This document shows, one piece after another, positions 23,901 to 37,143 of a stretch of 64,000 nucleotides of DNA (position 1 is its first letter; every line of letters starts with the position of its first letter). The notes under the pieces are model-generated. The model saw only the letters and a list, made by a program, of their open reading frames with translations, did no database searches and was not told where the DNA came from. This DNA comes from Cladosporium halotolerans (Eukaryota): the NCBI RefSeq assembly GCF_011745625.1, contig NW_027191456.1:868001-932000 (forward strand), written 5' to 3'. Both the position numbers and the translations under genes were made by a program.

Positions 23901-24168
23901 CCGCGCCCTCCTGGCCGATAGTGGGCATGGAGGAGACACTGGGAGGGCGAGCGGGCAGTTCTGAGGCCGACAGGTTGCTGTGGCCGTAGATCTTGCCGTT
24001 GCTCATGGCGGTCGGGGGCTCGTTGAGCGGTGAGCGAGTGTTGTCGCGGCCTGGCGAAGGCTCAAGTTTGCGGATGGGACGAGGGGGGACTTGTGGCATG
24101 TTCTGCTGGACGGCGGTAGGACCAGCCTGAGCGCGCTGAGGGCGCGGCGGAACGACGGGTTGAGACAT
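20924..24168 (-). CDS. Aim21-like Pro-rich actin/capping-protein regulator; exons 24168-23118, 23064-20924
   Basis: Many PxxPxRP SH3-ligand motifs, PILASDEV block, CPI-like PLADARKSRAKGPQRRKP; GTATGT...CAG intron. Confidence 0.75.
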
Positions 24169-26028
24169 GTTGATGTGCGTCTCTTTTGTGACAAGCGAGA
24201 CGGTGAGCCAAAGGTCTGCTCAACTCAACTGCTGGAGGCGTCAGTGTGTCTGCGAGGAGTCGCAAGGGCCAGCAAAAGTGTTTCCGACAAGGGAAACAAG
24301 GGCAGTGAGAGGCTGCGAGAGACAAGCTCTGGCGGTGGTGGAGCAATTGAGGAGGGGAGGGTGTTTGTGTGTGTGTCTGGCGGCGCAGACGTGCAATGGC
24401 ATACAAGCGCTCTCTACAGGCGGCTCTAGCTAAGCTAAGCAGACCGCCCCCATGGAGGGCGGGAGAAGCGAGCGAGGATCAACAGCGGTCGCGGCGCGGG
24501 CAGGGGTTGGGGCGGCGGCGTGCAATGGTGTGCAGGCAGCGATAAGGTCCTCGATACGCTGGCGAGCCGGCGGTGTCGTGGCTTACATTTGGTGGGTTAT
24601 TATATTGTCGACACCCGGGACTGCCTTGGGAGAAGGAGCGGAGGGTGCGCGGTAGTGACAGGTGGTGAGACGACGCCGGTGGGAGGCGTGGAGCAATAAT
24701 AACAATAACGCAATGAGGTAGATAGACCGCAGTCTGTATGGGAGTGGGCAGAGACGTGTGAGGTCGGCGGGACGGGCAGCGGTTTAAGTGACGGGCGGGT
24801 GGCAGCGCTGGGCCTCTCGGTGCTGTCACTGCTGTGCCTGGCGGATGACGAGCGCCTTACACCGATCGCCGCCAAACTCGATCCGGCACGCGCAGACGAC
24901 GTACCGCGGTGCGCCCGCCAATCACGCAGCCGGCAATTGTCCAGCCGATAAAAACCGCACCTTGCTGGCCAGTCTGAGCGCCTGTTGCTGCTGGCCGCCG
25001 TTGATAGAATAATTCGCGCTGCAGTCTACCATACCTAAGGTTGCCTGTAAATCGCTCAAGCAGAAACACCAACTGCCATACAGCACCCAGCGGCCACACA
25101 TCTCCCACCCCTCGATCTCCTCCCATCACATCATCGCATCACCTGCCCGCCCGCGGCGCCTCACTCTCACCCCCACAAAACCCCGCCGCAGGCCCTGCTT
25201 TTCCTCGCCTAGAACGCGGTCTGGGCAGTGCCGTGACGATGTCTGTCGAGTGCTCGTTGGCTTTTGCTTTTCGTGTGCCTGCACGTGAGATGCGCATGTG
25301 GCCTGTTGTAGCCCAGGTGGCCGCGGGAAGGTAGCCGTGGCGCCGTCTTTGAAGACTGGGTGGGCTGAGGGCTGAGCTTCTGGAAGGGAGGCTGAGCCCT
25401 GGCGGCTTGTTCGAGAAGGAGATGGGACGAAGAGCGGTGTTTGCGCCCCTCTGCTCCGCTTAATCGGGCATAACTTGGTAGCTGCTATATGCGTGCTGTT
25501 GAAGAGACGAAAGCTGCACAGTGTACTGTGCTCTCCGTCAACACTCGGCGTCCCACAGCTCCAGACCACCTCTCACGCGAGCAGAACGAATCCCGTCGAA
25601 CCCTGTTTCGGCACGTCCGACGTGAGAGTTCCACCGCCCGGCTTCCAAAAGGCCCAGGTGCCGAGACGGGGATGGCATTCTTCACGTCCATACACTATCA
25701 TCTCACTACATTGCCGGATATCTAATTGTGGTCAATAGCAAAATTCCTACAATGCTGTGTCGCTCTACCTTTTCTGAGGAGTACAGATCTAAACAAATAG
25801 AGAAAAGATCTGTGAAGACAAATCCAACGACGAGTGGTGAAAACCTGTAATCTTTTCTTCTCCCATCTCTGTACTTTCGATACATCTCACGAAAACTCCC
25901 ATCCTTCAACAATGAAGGAGAGCTCTCCATCCATACAATTGTCCATCCATTCCATCGATTACATCCCGTCTCCCATTGCTCTCCGTGATCCACACACCTC
26001 ATCTCACCCCCCTCAAATCCGCTCGCGA

Positions 26029-28010
26029 CTAAAGAACCCTCTTCCTCTTCCTCCCCTCCTCCCCCTCCCCCACCCCATCCTCGCCCTCCCTCTCCACCGT
26101 CTCCGCCGGATTCAGCAAGCTGTGCACATTGCTCGCCATGCTGCTCCTGCGCGTCGGCGGCGCCGTATCGATGCCCTTGAAAGGGAACCTCGCGCCCGGC
26201 AATTGCCAGCCGGGCGGCTCGAAACCGCTGCTGGGCGGGGAGGGCTGGCGCGAGCTGAGAGCCGAGGGGCGGGGCAGTTCGTACTGGGCCAGGGCGTCGC
26301 GGAGCTGCTGGTTTTCTTGCTGGTGGTGCGGGGGTTGCTGCTGGTGGTGGGAGGGGGGTGGGGGGAGGCGCGGCGAGGAGGGCCAGGCGGTCGAGTTGGC
26401 GCCCGAGGCGTAGGGGGAGGAGGTGTTGGGGTTTGGCGGGTTGTTGGTGCTGTAGGGATGGGTTGGGGGCGGGGGTGGGGCGCCGCCTTGCCAGCCTTGG
26501 AGGCGGATGTCGGCGGAGGTGTGGCGGCGGGGGAGGCCGGGGGATTCCATGTGTGAGAGCGGGTGTTGGGGTTGTTGTTGGTGTTGCTGCGGGGGTTGGG
26601 CCGGGGGAGGAGGAGGCGGTGGGTAGTTTGGTCGCGTGCTGGTCGAAGGCGAGTAGGCTTGGCTGGAGGTGCCTATGGAGCCGTAGCGGCGCGGGGAGAC
26701 TTGGAGGTGGGCGGGGACGGGGTTGCGGAAGGAGTTGGGCCGGCCGGTGGTTTGGAGGGACGGACGGCGGGAGTCATCATATGGCCTTTGGTTCGGCGAG
26801 ACGGGCACGCTGGGTTCCATTGGCCCCATGCTGTTGGCGAAGAAGCCTTGCTTGCTGAATGGCGATTCCTGTGAGTCTTCCAGCGCCCTCAGTCCCTCCA
26901 TGTGTCGGGATATATCTTGACGCATTGCGTAAATATCCCGGTGAACGGGGTTGTCAGGATCCGGGACAAGTGCGAGAAGCTGCGTGGACAACTCGCTGTT
27001 CCACTGGTGGCATTTGACCAGCCCTTCCAGCAGAGACTGACACTTCATCGTCATTGTCGCATACGCTTCCTCAGTCCTGGACATCCGCGCGTACATGTCC
27101 TGCATGTTCCAGTCCATGACACTAAGCCTTGCCTCCAGCGGATCTGGCATTGGCTCCATGGGAGGTGCAGGTTGTGGTGGAGCGGGCATCTTTGGGGCCG
27201 TGGAAAACGAATCCCGATGTATCAAGGCATGCCTAGAGGCTCTTCTTTTGATTTCGCGGAGTCCGACCAGGTCGCCGCGTTTGAAATTCCCAGCGCCGTG
27301 TTTAAATTCCCATAAAGGCGAGTCAGGCGATCCCGTGTGGAAGACGTCGCTGACTGGATGGTGTTAGCTACGTTCGTCTCAAGCTCTGAGGGATGGTCAC
27401 GCTACCTTTGTGAAAGCCGTACATGTTCAGTTGTCGAACGAAAGAAGATATGTTTGTGTGTTTAAAATATTGCCTGCTTCTGTCAGCATTCTCTGCAAGC
27501 TTGTATGCGGAAGTCGCAAATGCCATACGCAAGAACTTTTGAGAATTCGGAAGATGGAGACATGACGAAGCTCTCGTTCGAGCTCGACCATGAGATGAGA
27601 TGCTGGATAGATTGATCTTCCAACATGCTGCAATCAAGTCAGCGACGACACCGTACACGAGATGCGATCAACACTGACTTGTAAAGCTTGTGTATAAATG
27701 CGGTCTGGACGACCTTTGGCTGTTGCGCCGCAGCGGCAGCTCCCACGAGCTGACTCGAGCTGCCATTTTGTCCATTCTGCCCCGACTGCTCGTTCTGCTG
27801 TTGCTCCGCCTGCCTGTCTCCGTTGGGGCTCGATTGAGGTGGGCCCATGGATGCGCTCGGCGGCTGGGATATCTCCATCTTGACGCCAGGGCTGTTCGAG
27901 TCTGCGGTGGTGGAGGGCAAGATGGGAAGAGTCCTGATCGCGGGTGGCTTCAAGCTTCTGGGCTCGCTCACGAACGGACTCCGTCTCAATGGTTCGGAGA
28001 CAGATGCCAT
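26029..28010 (-). CDS. SFL1: HSF-type DNA-binding transcription factor, Sfl1-like; exons 28010-27679, 27627-27529, 27473-27406, 27353-26029
   Basis: Spliced HSF domain [51 protein letters not shown]..FKRGD; coiled coil; C-terminal HSLLNP and RKRKR. Confidence 0.85.
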
Positions 28011-28630
28011 CGACCGGAGGATTTCTTGGGTAGCGGCGCAAGAGTTAGGGTCGTGGCGGAGTTAGATCCGCTATTAGTTGGCCGTTGAGTTCGTGTCGTG
28101 CGATGCGCTGAAGGGCGACTCCAGGCGCAAGCTGTATGCTCTAGGGAGGGCGCGTGGGCGGTGGGAGGTCGCGGCGGTGGGCGACTTCAGGACACATTCG
28201 AGGGGAGAAGCTCCATCGCAAGCGCAAGGGGTTCGCGCTGTTGCGCAGGACGGCCGACGCGGTGGTGAGCGAGGGCGGCGTTGAAGAGAGGGCCGAGTAC
28301 GGGTGGTGTGAAGGTTTGAGAGGTTCAACGCGACGATCGGGCTAAGGGTGCGCTTGTGGTGCGCTTGCGGGGTTTGGGGCGGCAGGCAGGGTTATTGAGC
28401 CGAGAGGGACGGCGGACGGCGGACGGCGGACGGTGGTGGTGGGCGAGTGGCGGACTCGGGCGCTGGGCTGGCGCGACGGTGGCAGGACGGCGACAATGGA
28501 TGGGCGCAACGAGAGACAGTGGTGGGAGGGCGCGGTATGGGGGTGTCTCGGGCGCGCAGGCGGCGGAGGGAGGCGTGGGAGGGAGCAGGGCGGGCACGGG
28601 ATGAGACGACAGCTTGAGAGGCAGAGAGGG

Positions 28631-28656
28631 CCTGAGCCTGAGCCTGAGCCTGAGCC
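28631..28656. repeat. (CCTGAG)4 microsatellite upstream of the Sfl1-like gene
   Basis: cctgagcctgagcctgagcctgagcc read directly. Confidence 0.9.
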
Positions 28657-30673
28657 CTTCGCAGCGGAGCAGCTGGCGAGAGCTTGGGTGCAGCACTGCA
28701 CTACGCGCAACACCAGGGACCACGCGAGTGGGACGGCGGGCGGCGGCCGCGGGTGGCCCAGTAATACTCGCTGCGGCAGGCGGCGGCCAAATAACATTGT
28801 CATTAGTCGACACTTCAACCACCCTCTCCACGCCCTCCATCACTGCCCCACCGCCTCGGACGAGGCTCCAGGGCTGCGCGGGCGATTTGCTGCGTTGGCG
28901 GGCGCAGAGAAAAATGGCCGCTCCTGTGTCCTGCAGCAACGCCTCCACTCCTCGAAGCCTAGCGCTGTCAACGCCCCGTCCAGCGAACCCCGATCGGCGT
29001 GAAGACGGCCAGCCCTGCGTGTCGTGCGTGTCTCGCCGATGCTGCCGATGCTCGCCGACGCTGATCGATGTTCTGAACCTTCGAGTCTTTCTCCGAACCT
29101 CCTGACCTCAGCTGCGTTGCCGCTCTCTGTGCTGTACGCTCAAGCGCAGCCGCGCTCCCATCTCCCGCGCGCGCCTTGCATGCACCGCTGAAACTGCCAG
29201 CTCGCACCCGGCCCACCACCCCGGCGCTCTCCCTGCCCACGGCTCTGGGGCGCGTGTGCGGCCACAGGAAACCCGGCTGGTCGCACCGGCGCCGCGCAGG
29301 CGTCGTGCATCCGCCCGCTCGTGGCTTCCCACACGAGAGACGGCGCGGCCGTGATCAAACCTGGGACCCTCCCCGGAATGGTCTAGACAATGTCCTGCCA
29401 TTTCCCGTTGGCTTTCTCTGACGTGTGGGTGACTGTGTTACTGCGAGTGGCCTATCGTATACCGTCGTACATGTACAGGAACCTTGTTGGAGAGCAATTA
29501 ATTTGGGGATTGATGGGTTTGGCTTTGAGCAAGAAATCTCAGAACAGCCACATTGATCGGTTGATGTTGAAGCATAGTCACGTGCCCACCTTGGTCGTGC
29601 AGCTGCTTTCTCAATTTATCACAGATTCCCAGCTTGCATTGGCGCAGTGGGTCGCGGCTTCTCCTGGCAACTGCGTTGGTCCAGCTCGTTAACGAACCTT
29701 GCGAAGAGTCACCGTGTCGATTGCGAAAAGAAAAAAAAAAGACACATCGAGAGCCTCACGAGTAATTCGTCGGGCAGATATGCATAACCAGCAAGGTTTC
29801 CCCGGATCTGCCTCAGGTACCGCGTGCCCTTCGGGTAATCCAATGCCGCAAGAAGTCAGGCCAGATCACATACTCCTTCTGGAAGCCAGCATTCGGAAAT
29901 TGAGCTCTCAACGCGTTGCACCTCATGAACAACGCCGTCAATGCAGTATTCCGGACCGGGTCATCCTTCTTTGGACGCCTCAACACGGCACAAAATAGGC
30001 TTTGCATCTGACCCAGCGTCACGTTCCCAACGCCTACCTCTCTCGTCGCCTGCCGTCAATATTCAGAGGCGTTACTGTCATGTCGTCACGTTCTTCTCTC
30101 GGAGACTTGGTGTCTGCACAATGCTCAAGCGCTTCGAGTGCTGCGAACGCTGGTTGCTCATCACCAGTGTAGACCTGGACTGATTACTCACATCGCACTG
30201 CACCACAGAAGAGACGAATTTCCTCCAGTTTCCTGAATGGCCCTCTTGCTCCAAATACATTGAGACTGCCGAAAGTGAAGGCGCGCATAATCCAAGCTAT
30301 CAAAACAGTGCCAAGCGGAAGTCGCGTTCACCCATTCGTCGAATTCAAGGCAAACTGTCTGATGGAATTCATTATCCGTCAAAATACGGCCATTAGCGAT
30401 GTCTTCCCTTGCCCGTCGGAGAGGTAAGCGCTGAAAAGACTGCACTGATGTTGATGCTTAGCATTCCAGTCATTCCGGCCACCTACGAGGCTACCTAGGG
30501 TGAAGCTGGAATGCACCTCCAACCGCGTAGAGAGGCTGCTCGTAGGAGACCCTTTCCCTCTCGATTTCCCATACTTATCTTTAACGTTAAATCTAGAGTC
30601 TATGCGAACGGTCTGAACTTTGCAGCATACAGTCAACCGCTATCGTGCTCTCTCTCAGATTGATCTCGCGAAC

Positions 30674-33600
30674 ATGCGGCGCGCTCGCACAATATGCGCA
30701 ACTATCTGTGCGACTATTCTCACGTCGACTATAGCCGCTGGTACGATACCCCAGAGATTTTGCAACTCATTCATCCCTCGCTGACTTGCTAGATGTGCCT
30801 GTCATTACCGTTACGGTCCGACAGACCTGCGAGTCCACCACCATTTTCCCGACCTGGGGTTGGGTCACGACCAACGGAACGACAAGCCCGTACACTTTCA
30901 CTTCTTCGACAAACGCGGCCTCCAGCACTTTTGGTGTCTCCAGTACCAGTCTTCCAATTCCGATCTCTTCGTCATCTTCACCCGCTGGTGTGTCCTCAAC
31001 GCCAGTGATTAGCAGCAGCCAAAGCTCGTCAATCAGCTCTATTCCTTCGACAACCCAGTCGAGCTTTGTAGCGAGCTCCAGCCTCTCATCTACATCGCAA
31101 GGTGAGTCTACGTCCGACGAGAATCCACCTGCGTACACTTCCGAGAATCCACCCGCGTACACCTCCGAGGAGAGCCCACCCGCATACACTCTCACTGAGC
31201 CGCCCACCGGAACAACGACCACGGACTCCGCGCCCTCGACCACGACAAGCGTCTGCGTCACCGCCACCCCGGCCGAAATCGCTTGCCCGGCCTCAAACGG
31301 CACAGAATACACGCCCGCCGGCGCTTGCATCGGTTCTGTGGACACCTTCGTCGTCTTCTGCGACCTCGAGCTCACCGCTGGCGGCCTCATTCTTTACGAC
31401 GACATCGACACGGAAGAGGATTGCATCGGGCAGTGCGCGCAGAAGCCCACTTGCGTGGCCGCCGCGTTCGACATGAGCGACGACTCGTGCTACGAGATCA
31501 ATTCGGTCCTGCCAGGCAATGCGACGGCGAGGCCGAATCTGATCTTCGCTGTGCGTGCGGCGCAGTACTATCCTGATGCTCCGCCGTCGAGCTCGTCGTC
31601 TGTGGTGGCAAGCAGTTCTGGGTCCCCAGCTGCACCTTTTACCCCTCCGACAACGAGCTCTTCCAGTACGCCCGTCAGCAGCAGCTCGTCCACCACAAGC
31701 AGCAACATCATCCCACCTAGCCCGACCGGTCCGAGCAGCTCGACGTCAACCGCGCGCCTAAGCACTACCTCTTCGGCGATGGGAGCTCCGACGACTACGA
31801 CTACCAGTACTAGTTCGTCTCCGCCTGTGTTATCGACTTCTACGACCACGAGGATGGATGATTCGACGACGCCGCTTGCCACTACTTCCTCAGTGGTGGA
31901 AGAAAGCACCACGTCCAGCATGGAGCCTGCGAGCAGCTCCAGTACGACTCCTAGCGTGTCGTCTACTAGTGTCGCAACTACTAGCACTACATCGACGACG
32001 ACTACGAGCTCGACAACGGTTGTGACTTCCAGTAGGACAACGAGTGCCACGTCTATCCAGATGTCAAGTTCGACGGCGTCATCGACATCGACGACTTCGC
32101 TGATGGTGAGCTCGACCACTTCCTCATCAATCATCAACTCTAGTACCACCGCTAGTACGACTACTACTGTGACCACCACCACTTCGAGCGTCACGAGCAA
32201 GTCAAGCAGTTCATCTACGACCCCTGCGATCACGAGTACTCCCACATCCACAACTTCAAGCCCAGTCCCATCGTCAAGCAGTACTACTACGAGCTCTGTA
32301 ATGTCAACTTCCTCTACATCAACAATATCGAGCCCAGTCCCATCATCGAGTAGTACTACCACGAGCCCTGCAATATCGACGTCTTCCTCGTCGACAACAT
32401 CAACTACATCTCCCAGCATGACGATGACAACTACAATCTCGACGACGGCTATGACTACCACGTCATCGTCCTCATCGAGCTCATCCACTTCGCCTGTCCC
32501 CACACTGTGCCCTGATCGCAACATGACAACATACTCCGTCGACAACATTAATGAATACCTTATCTATTGCGACGTCGACTCTCCAGGCGCATATCGAAAC
32601 ACACGACTGCCGAATTTCATCGCATGCATCAGTGCTTGCGACGCGGATGGACTATGCACTGGTGTATCGTACTCCAGCGGGACCTGTTTCTTTTCGCTTC
32701 CTTCAGCCCGCCTAGTCTCCTCGTCTGGGGTGCAATTTGCGCGAAGAGTCCCACCTGGCGGATTTCCGTCCACGAGCTCATCCTCAAGCACATCTGAATC
32801 CTCGAGCTCTGCGCCTCCCCCGAGCTCGACTTCCGGCTCTTGCCCCGGCCCGTCGACGTACGAGACCGGCGGCGAGCAGTATGACATCCGGTGCGATTCG
32901 GACTCCAGCGGCAACGGCGGCGGCGCTTTCAACAGAGCCGAATTCATTTCGGGCAACTACACGCAATGCGGAGACCTCTGCGCCAGCAACGTCGAGTGCG
33001 GCGCCTGGGTCTGGGTGCCCATCCCGTCAGTAGGCTTCTCCTGCTTCCTCAAGCGCACTCCTCAATCGTTCGTCCAGGGTTCCGACGGAATGGTCGCTGG
33101 CATCTTGGTCGGCTCCAAAGCTTCCGCCACGGCAAGCGCCACTCCCACGGCTCCTCCGCCGTTGGAGCCCGAACCCTGTCCAAGCAGCAACGGCACGAGC
33201 TTCGCCGACTCGGAGGGTGTTCGGTACACCGTCTACTGCGACGTCGAGTCCGAGCCGCAGTCTTTCGGCGGCGATCTGATGCCTAGCTTCGGCGCTTGTA
33301 TTGCTGCGTGCCGCGAGCAGTCGACATACTGTGGTGCCGTGTCGTATTCTGGCGTTGCTTGCTACTTCAAGCCGCCGCCCACTTCGTTGTTTAGCCAGGG
33401 CAATGTGCGGCTGGCGGTTAGGGAGCCAGAAGGATCAAGCTCCAGCTCGACGACGTCTCATGACAGCACTTCGACCCATTCGACCACGACGACCTCCACC
33501 GACCATTCGTCTTCGACGTCTGAGAGCCACACCACTTCTCACGATCCTTCCACAAGCTCCTCGTCGAGCGAAGTCCCAAGCACGACGAGCGAGACGACCA

Positions 33601-35444
33601 CGACGTCCGAATCTAGCTCTTCAGAGACCTCTAGTACCCCTGAGCCTAGCACGACAAGCTCGTCTACCACTACTGAAATACCCTCGTCCACAGAGTCTAC
33701 GACGACGACGACGACGTCTAGTACTTCGGAAACAACGACGTGTGTTCTATCATCCGGCTACGTGACGGACCAGAGGCTGACTTTGTGCGTGCAGGACGGA
33801 GACAACGACTTCTACGACCAGCGAAACGTAAGTCTGATAGCCCTGATTACATGTTTTCGTCCTTTGTATGGTGAGACACCTTCTAACTTGCGTTGTAGAA
33901 CGACTTCAACCACTACCACTACGACTTCGACTACCACAACTTCAACTACCACCACAACTCCAGATATCACGACAACTTCGACCACCGCCACGACTTCAAC
34001 GACCACCACAACTCCAAGTACCACTACTACTTCGACTGCCACTACAACTTCGACTACCACCACTACTTCAACGACTACGACCTCAACCACGACTACAACT
34101 TCAACTACCACCACTACCACCACCACCACGACCTCGAGCGCCCCTTCTTCCACCGTCTCTTGCCTGTCTCAAGCTCAGACTTCAGACAACTCGACCAAGA
34201 CTACGCAAGACGGATCAATCTTCCGGGTTCTGTGCGGCCGGGATTTCCCTGGTAGCGACATGACCGGCATCAGCTTGTCCCAAGCCCCCGACTTTGACTC
34301 GTGCCTTCAATACTGCGTAGCACAGGGTACGGCTTGCGCGGGTATCACCTTCGGGCTGTTTGGTTCCTCTACTGTCGAGTGTAATCTGCACTCTAAGATG
34401 CTGGAAGCATCTGGCGCTGCTCCTGATGTGGTCGCGGCTGTGAGAGAAACTGGGCCCGGCGGTTTGCCCTCTAGGAGGAATCTTGTGGTGAACGGAGGCT
34501 TTGACAGCAGCTTGTCACCTTGGACTTCCAGTACGGGCGATTATGGCGCTGTTTTCGTCGCTTCCAACGGCAATGCAAGCGCCTTGTTTGCGCTAAATCC
34601 AGTACGCACCCGCCAGCGCGTGAAACGCTCGCACGTAAGATCGATTATCTTAACTCTGACCGAGAACTTCGCGGACCCTCTCATGGAGGATTCTCCTTAT
34701 TTCATGTCTCTCGACCTTGGGATCCTGAAGTCTGGGTCAAGCTCGGTCAGCTGCCAGTTCCTTGTCTACGATGGCATTGGCGACACTTTCTACAGTCAAT
34801 ACGTCTCAAATGTACTCACAAGCGTCCGGACAATCTACGCTAGCGGTACCACTACGAGTGGTAGCATAGCGCAGCTCTTGTTCTATGTTCAATGCTCAGG
34901 GAGTGTTGATATTACCGTCTCTCTCGACAACGCCTTTTTCGGAATATTCCCTTACAGCACCGGCACCGGCATCTGCACCCCGAGCGGCCAAGTCCTGCAA
35001 AACAGCGGCTTCGACAGCGTCTTCACGCCGTGGGTCACATCGCAGGGCAGCGCAGTCAGCGCGTCCTTCTCGATCGACAACAACCGCGCCCTGGTCTCCT
35101 TCGACGCCGGCCGCGGCACCGGTGACGACCCCGCAAGACTCGCCCAGGCGCTCGTCATCCGCCCCAGCCCCACATACCCTTCCTACCATCTCTATGCCTA
35201 CCTCCGCTTCGAGCGTGCTGCTGGAAGCTGCTCGGTGAATTTCCGTACGGACGTAGACCAGATTTACAACACTGGCCAGATAACGACGACGCGCTTCCTC
35301 GAAGTCAACTACAGGGGCTCCTTCGGGATCAGCTCGGGCGAATTCTGGGTCGTTCTCGATTGTTACCCGGGTGGGGACGCCCGTATTTACGTCGACACCG
35401 TTGCGCTGTATATCGATCCGGACCCGGATTGTCGCCCTGCTTAA
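30674..35444 (+). CDS. Large secreted Ser/Thr-rich mucin-like protein with five PAN/Apple-like Cys modules and two C-terminal CBM-like domains; exons 30674-30740, 30793-33739, 33795-33827, 33899-35444
   Basis: Signal peptide MRRARTICATICATILTSTIAA in exon 1; repeated CP...Y.I.CD.D...C...C...C..V.Y...C modules; NLVVNGGFD and QVLQNSGFD domain starts. Confidence 0.85.
31119..31190 (+). repeat. Coding 24-bp tandem repeat x3 (ENPPAYTS)
   Basis: gagaatccacctgcgtacacttcc and two diverged copies. Confidence 0.85.
32244..32387 (+). repeat. Coding 72-bp tandem duplication (TST.SSPVPSSSSTTTS..ISTSS-like) x2
   Basis: Units start at 32244 and 32316, both containing agcccagtcccatc. Confidence 0.8.
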
Positions 35445-35678
35445 GTGAAGGCCTGCAGGGCGTCACCAGGAAGTTGCTGCTGGGATGGTCGACTTCGACG
35501 TCGGACGGAAATCATCTGCGAACGCTTGACAGAAGGAAAAGCGGCCGAACGAAGGGAAGGATCCATTTGCACGAGTTCGCCGGAACCAGCACAAGTGTCG
35601 TACAACAACTCCATAGCTTCCTTCCCATAGTTAATCCCAGCATCTTCCTCTCACAACCCCGCCCACCACCTTCCACCC

Positions 35679-36818
35679 TCAAACCTCATACATCCGCTCC
35701 ATACACTGCAAATCCCAAAACGAACCCAAAACCATAAACTCCAGCATAAAATACACCACCCACGCAAACCCCACCGCCCTCCAAACCCCCTCCTCACACC
35801 TCGTCCACGGCACTCCCAACCTCCCCCTCAGCCCAAAAAACCCCGCCTGCACCCCCTGCTCCAGCAACATAAAAGCCGCAAATCCCAAAAACGTCCCCAC
35901 CGGCCTCACCCCGCCCTCGCACATCCCCGCCCGCCACCCCGTTACGGCGTGCATGCAGCCCGACAAAAAGAACGCCCCCAGCACGATCGCCGCTCTCCCC
36001 AGATCGCTCGCTTTTCGCAGCCCGAGAACCCGCTCCGTGAACGCGGCCGCGTGGATCGTCAACGCGCGCCGCATCGCTTGGTGCCAGAAGTGGCTGTACC
36101 ACCTCCGCAAACTGTAGGCTTGCGCGAGGGAGCCGAAGAGCGGCGGCCAGGCGGCGGGCGGCGAGTTGAAGATGCCTACGGCGATGAGGGAGCAGAAGGC
36201 GTGCGCGCCGTTGATTACGAGCGCGGAGCCCGCGTGCGAGTAGAAGGCGAGGGTGGTGCGGAGCCAGAGGTGGCGGGGCGTGAGGGTGCGGGCGAGGAGT
36301 TGGGGGAGGAGGTAGGTTTGGGCGGGCGTCCAGTCGGCGCTGGTGAGCTTAGGGGGGTAGAAGGATTCGCCGGTGCGGATGTAGAGCCAGAAGGTTGTGA
36401 GGAGGGTGAGGAGGGTGAGGCGGCGGGAGAGGAATTGGCGTTTGGTTGTGGTTTGGGGATAGGGGCGGTAGGGTTTTGTGCCCATGCGCGGGGAGAAGAG
36501 GGCGTTGATGCCCCAGTGGAGTTTTTGGAGGGGTTGTGTGAGGGTTGCTGGGGGAGTGAGGTTGAGCAGGACGAGGTAGCAGTTTGTGTGGAAGGCAAGG
36601 CCGAACATGTAGTCTGCCCAGCCGGCTTCCTCGTAGGTTTGGCGAGAGTTTCGTCGGATGGATTCCATGCATAGTGCTATTGTGATGGCTGAAGCTGCTA
36701 GCCGGGTGTTGTGTGCTGTCGAAGGAACGAATGCTAGAGTGGTGGCGGTGATCGTGTGGCCTACCAGAGCTGGTGCGAACTGGTTCGCCACGAATTGTAC
36801 CAGGTATCGCAACACCAT
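35679..36818 (-). CDS. Membrane-bound O-acyltransferase (MBOAT_2 / wax synthase-like)
   Basis: WPPLFGS..QAYSLRRWYSHFWHQ and AFFLSGCMH (catalytic His) motifs; multiple TM segments. Confidence 0.88.
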   Translation of the reverse strand: MVLRYLVQFVANQFAPALVGHTITATTLAFVPSTAHNTRLAASAITIALCMESIRRNSRQTYEEAGWADYMFGLAFHTNCYLVLLNLTPPATLTQPLQKLHWGINALFSPRMGTKPYRPYPQTTTKRQFLSRRLTLLTLLTTFWLYIRTGESFYPPKLTSADWTPAQTYLLPQLLARTLTPRHLWLRTTLAFYSHAGSALVINGAHAFCSLIAVGIFNSPPAAWPPLFGSLAQAYSLRRWYSHFWHQAMRRALTIHAAAFTERVLGLRKASDLGRAAIVLGAFFLSGCMHAVTGWRAGMCEGGVRPVGTFLGFAAFMLLEQGVQAGFFGLRGRLGVPWTRCEEGVWRAVGFAWVVYFMLEFMVLGSFWDLQCMERMYEV

Positions 36819-37143
36819 GATTGCGTTTCTGAAGCAGGAGTTTTGTCGGAGTTGCCGCCCTCTCCGTGCGCTGAATCACGAAGGAGACATGTTCCCCAAG
36901 CGCTCGTAGCTAAACCCATATGGCCTACCTTAAGTTTCCCTTTGTCCAAAATGTTGGTTTCACGCGTCAAGCGCTGCTGCTAACGTGTGATGTTGCTGCT
37001 TTGTCTCTTTGTTACACACTCAAGCTTCGAGCTTGATATTGTTCAGACTCCTCACATAAGGCTCGCCAGCGAGGAGGCATCCACGTCTCTTTCCGTCGCA
37101 AACATCTCATCAGTCACGTTTCATCGTTTGAACTCCCTTCATC

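Noticed and set aside
30188..30636. Short minus-strand ORFs including a GQGKT P-loop-like string
   Set aside because: Followed at once by a stop and no other NTPase motifs; cannot support a pseudogene call
33899..34140. Dense ACT/ACC/ACG periodic repeats resembling an array
   Set aside because: Poly-Thr/Ser coding stalk; no repeat-spacer structure, not CRISPR
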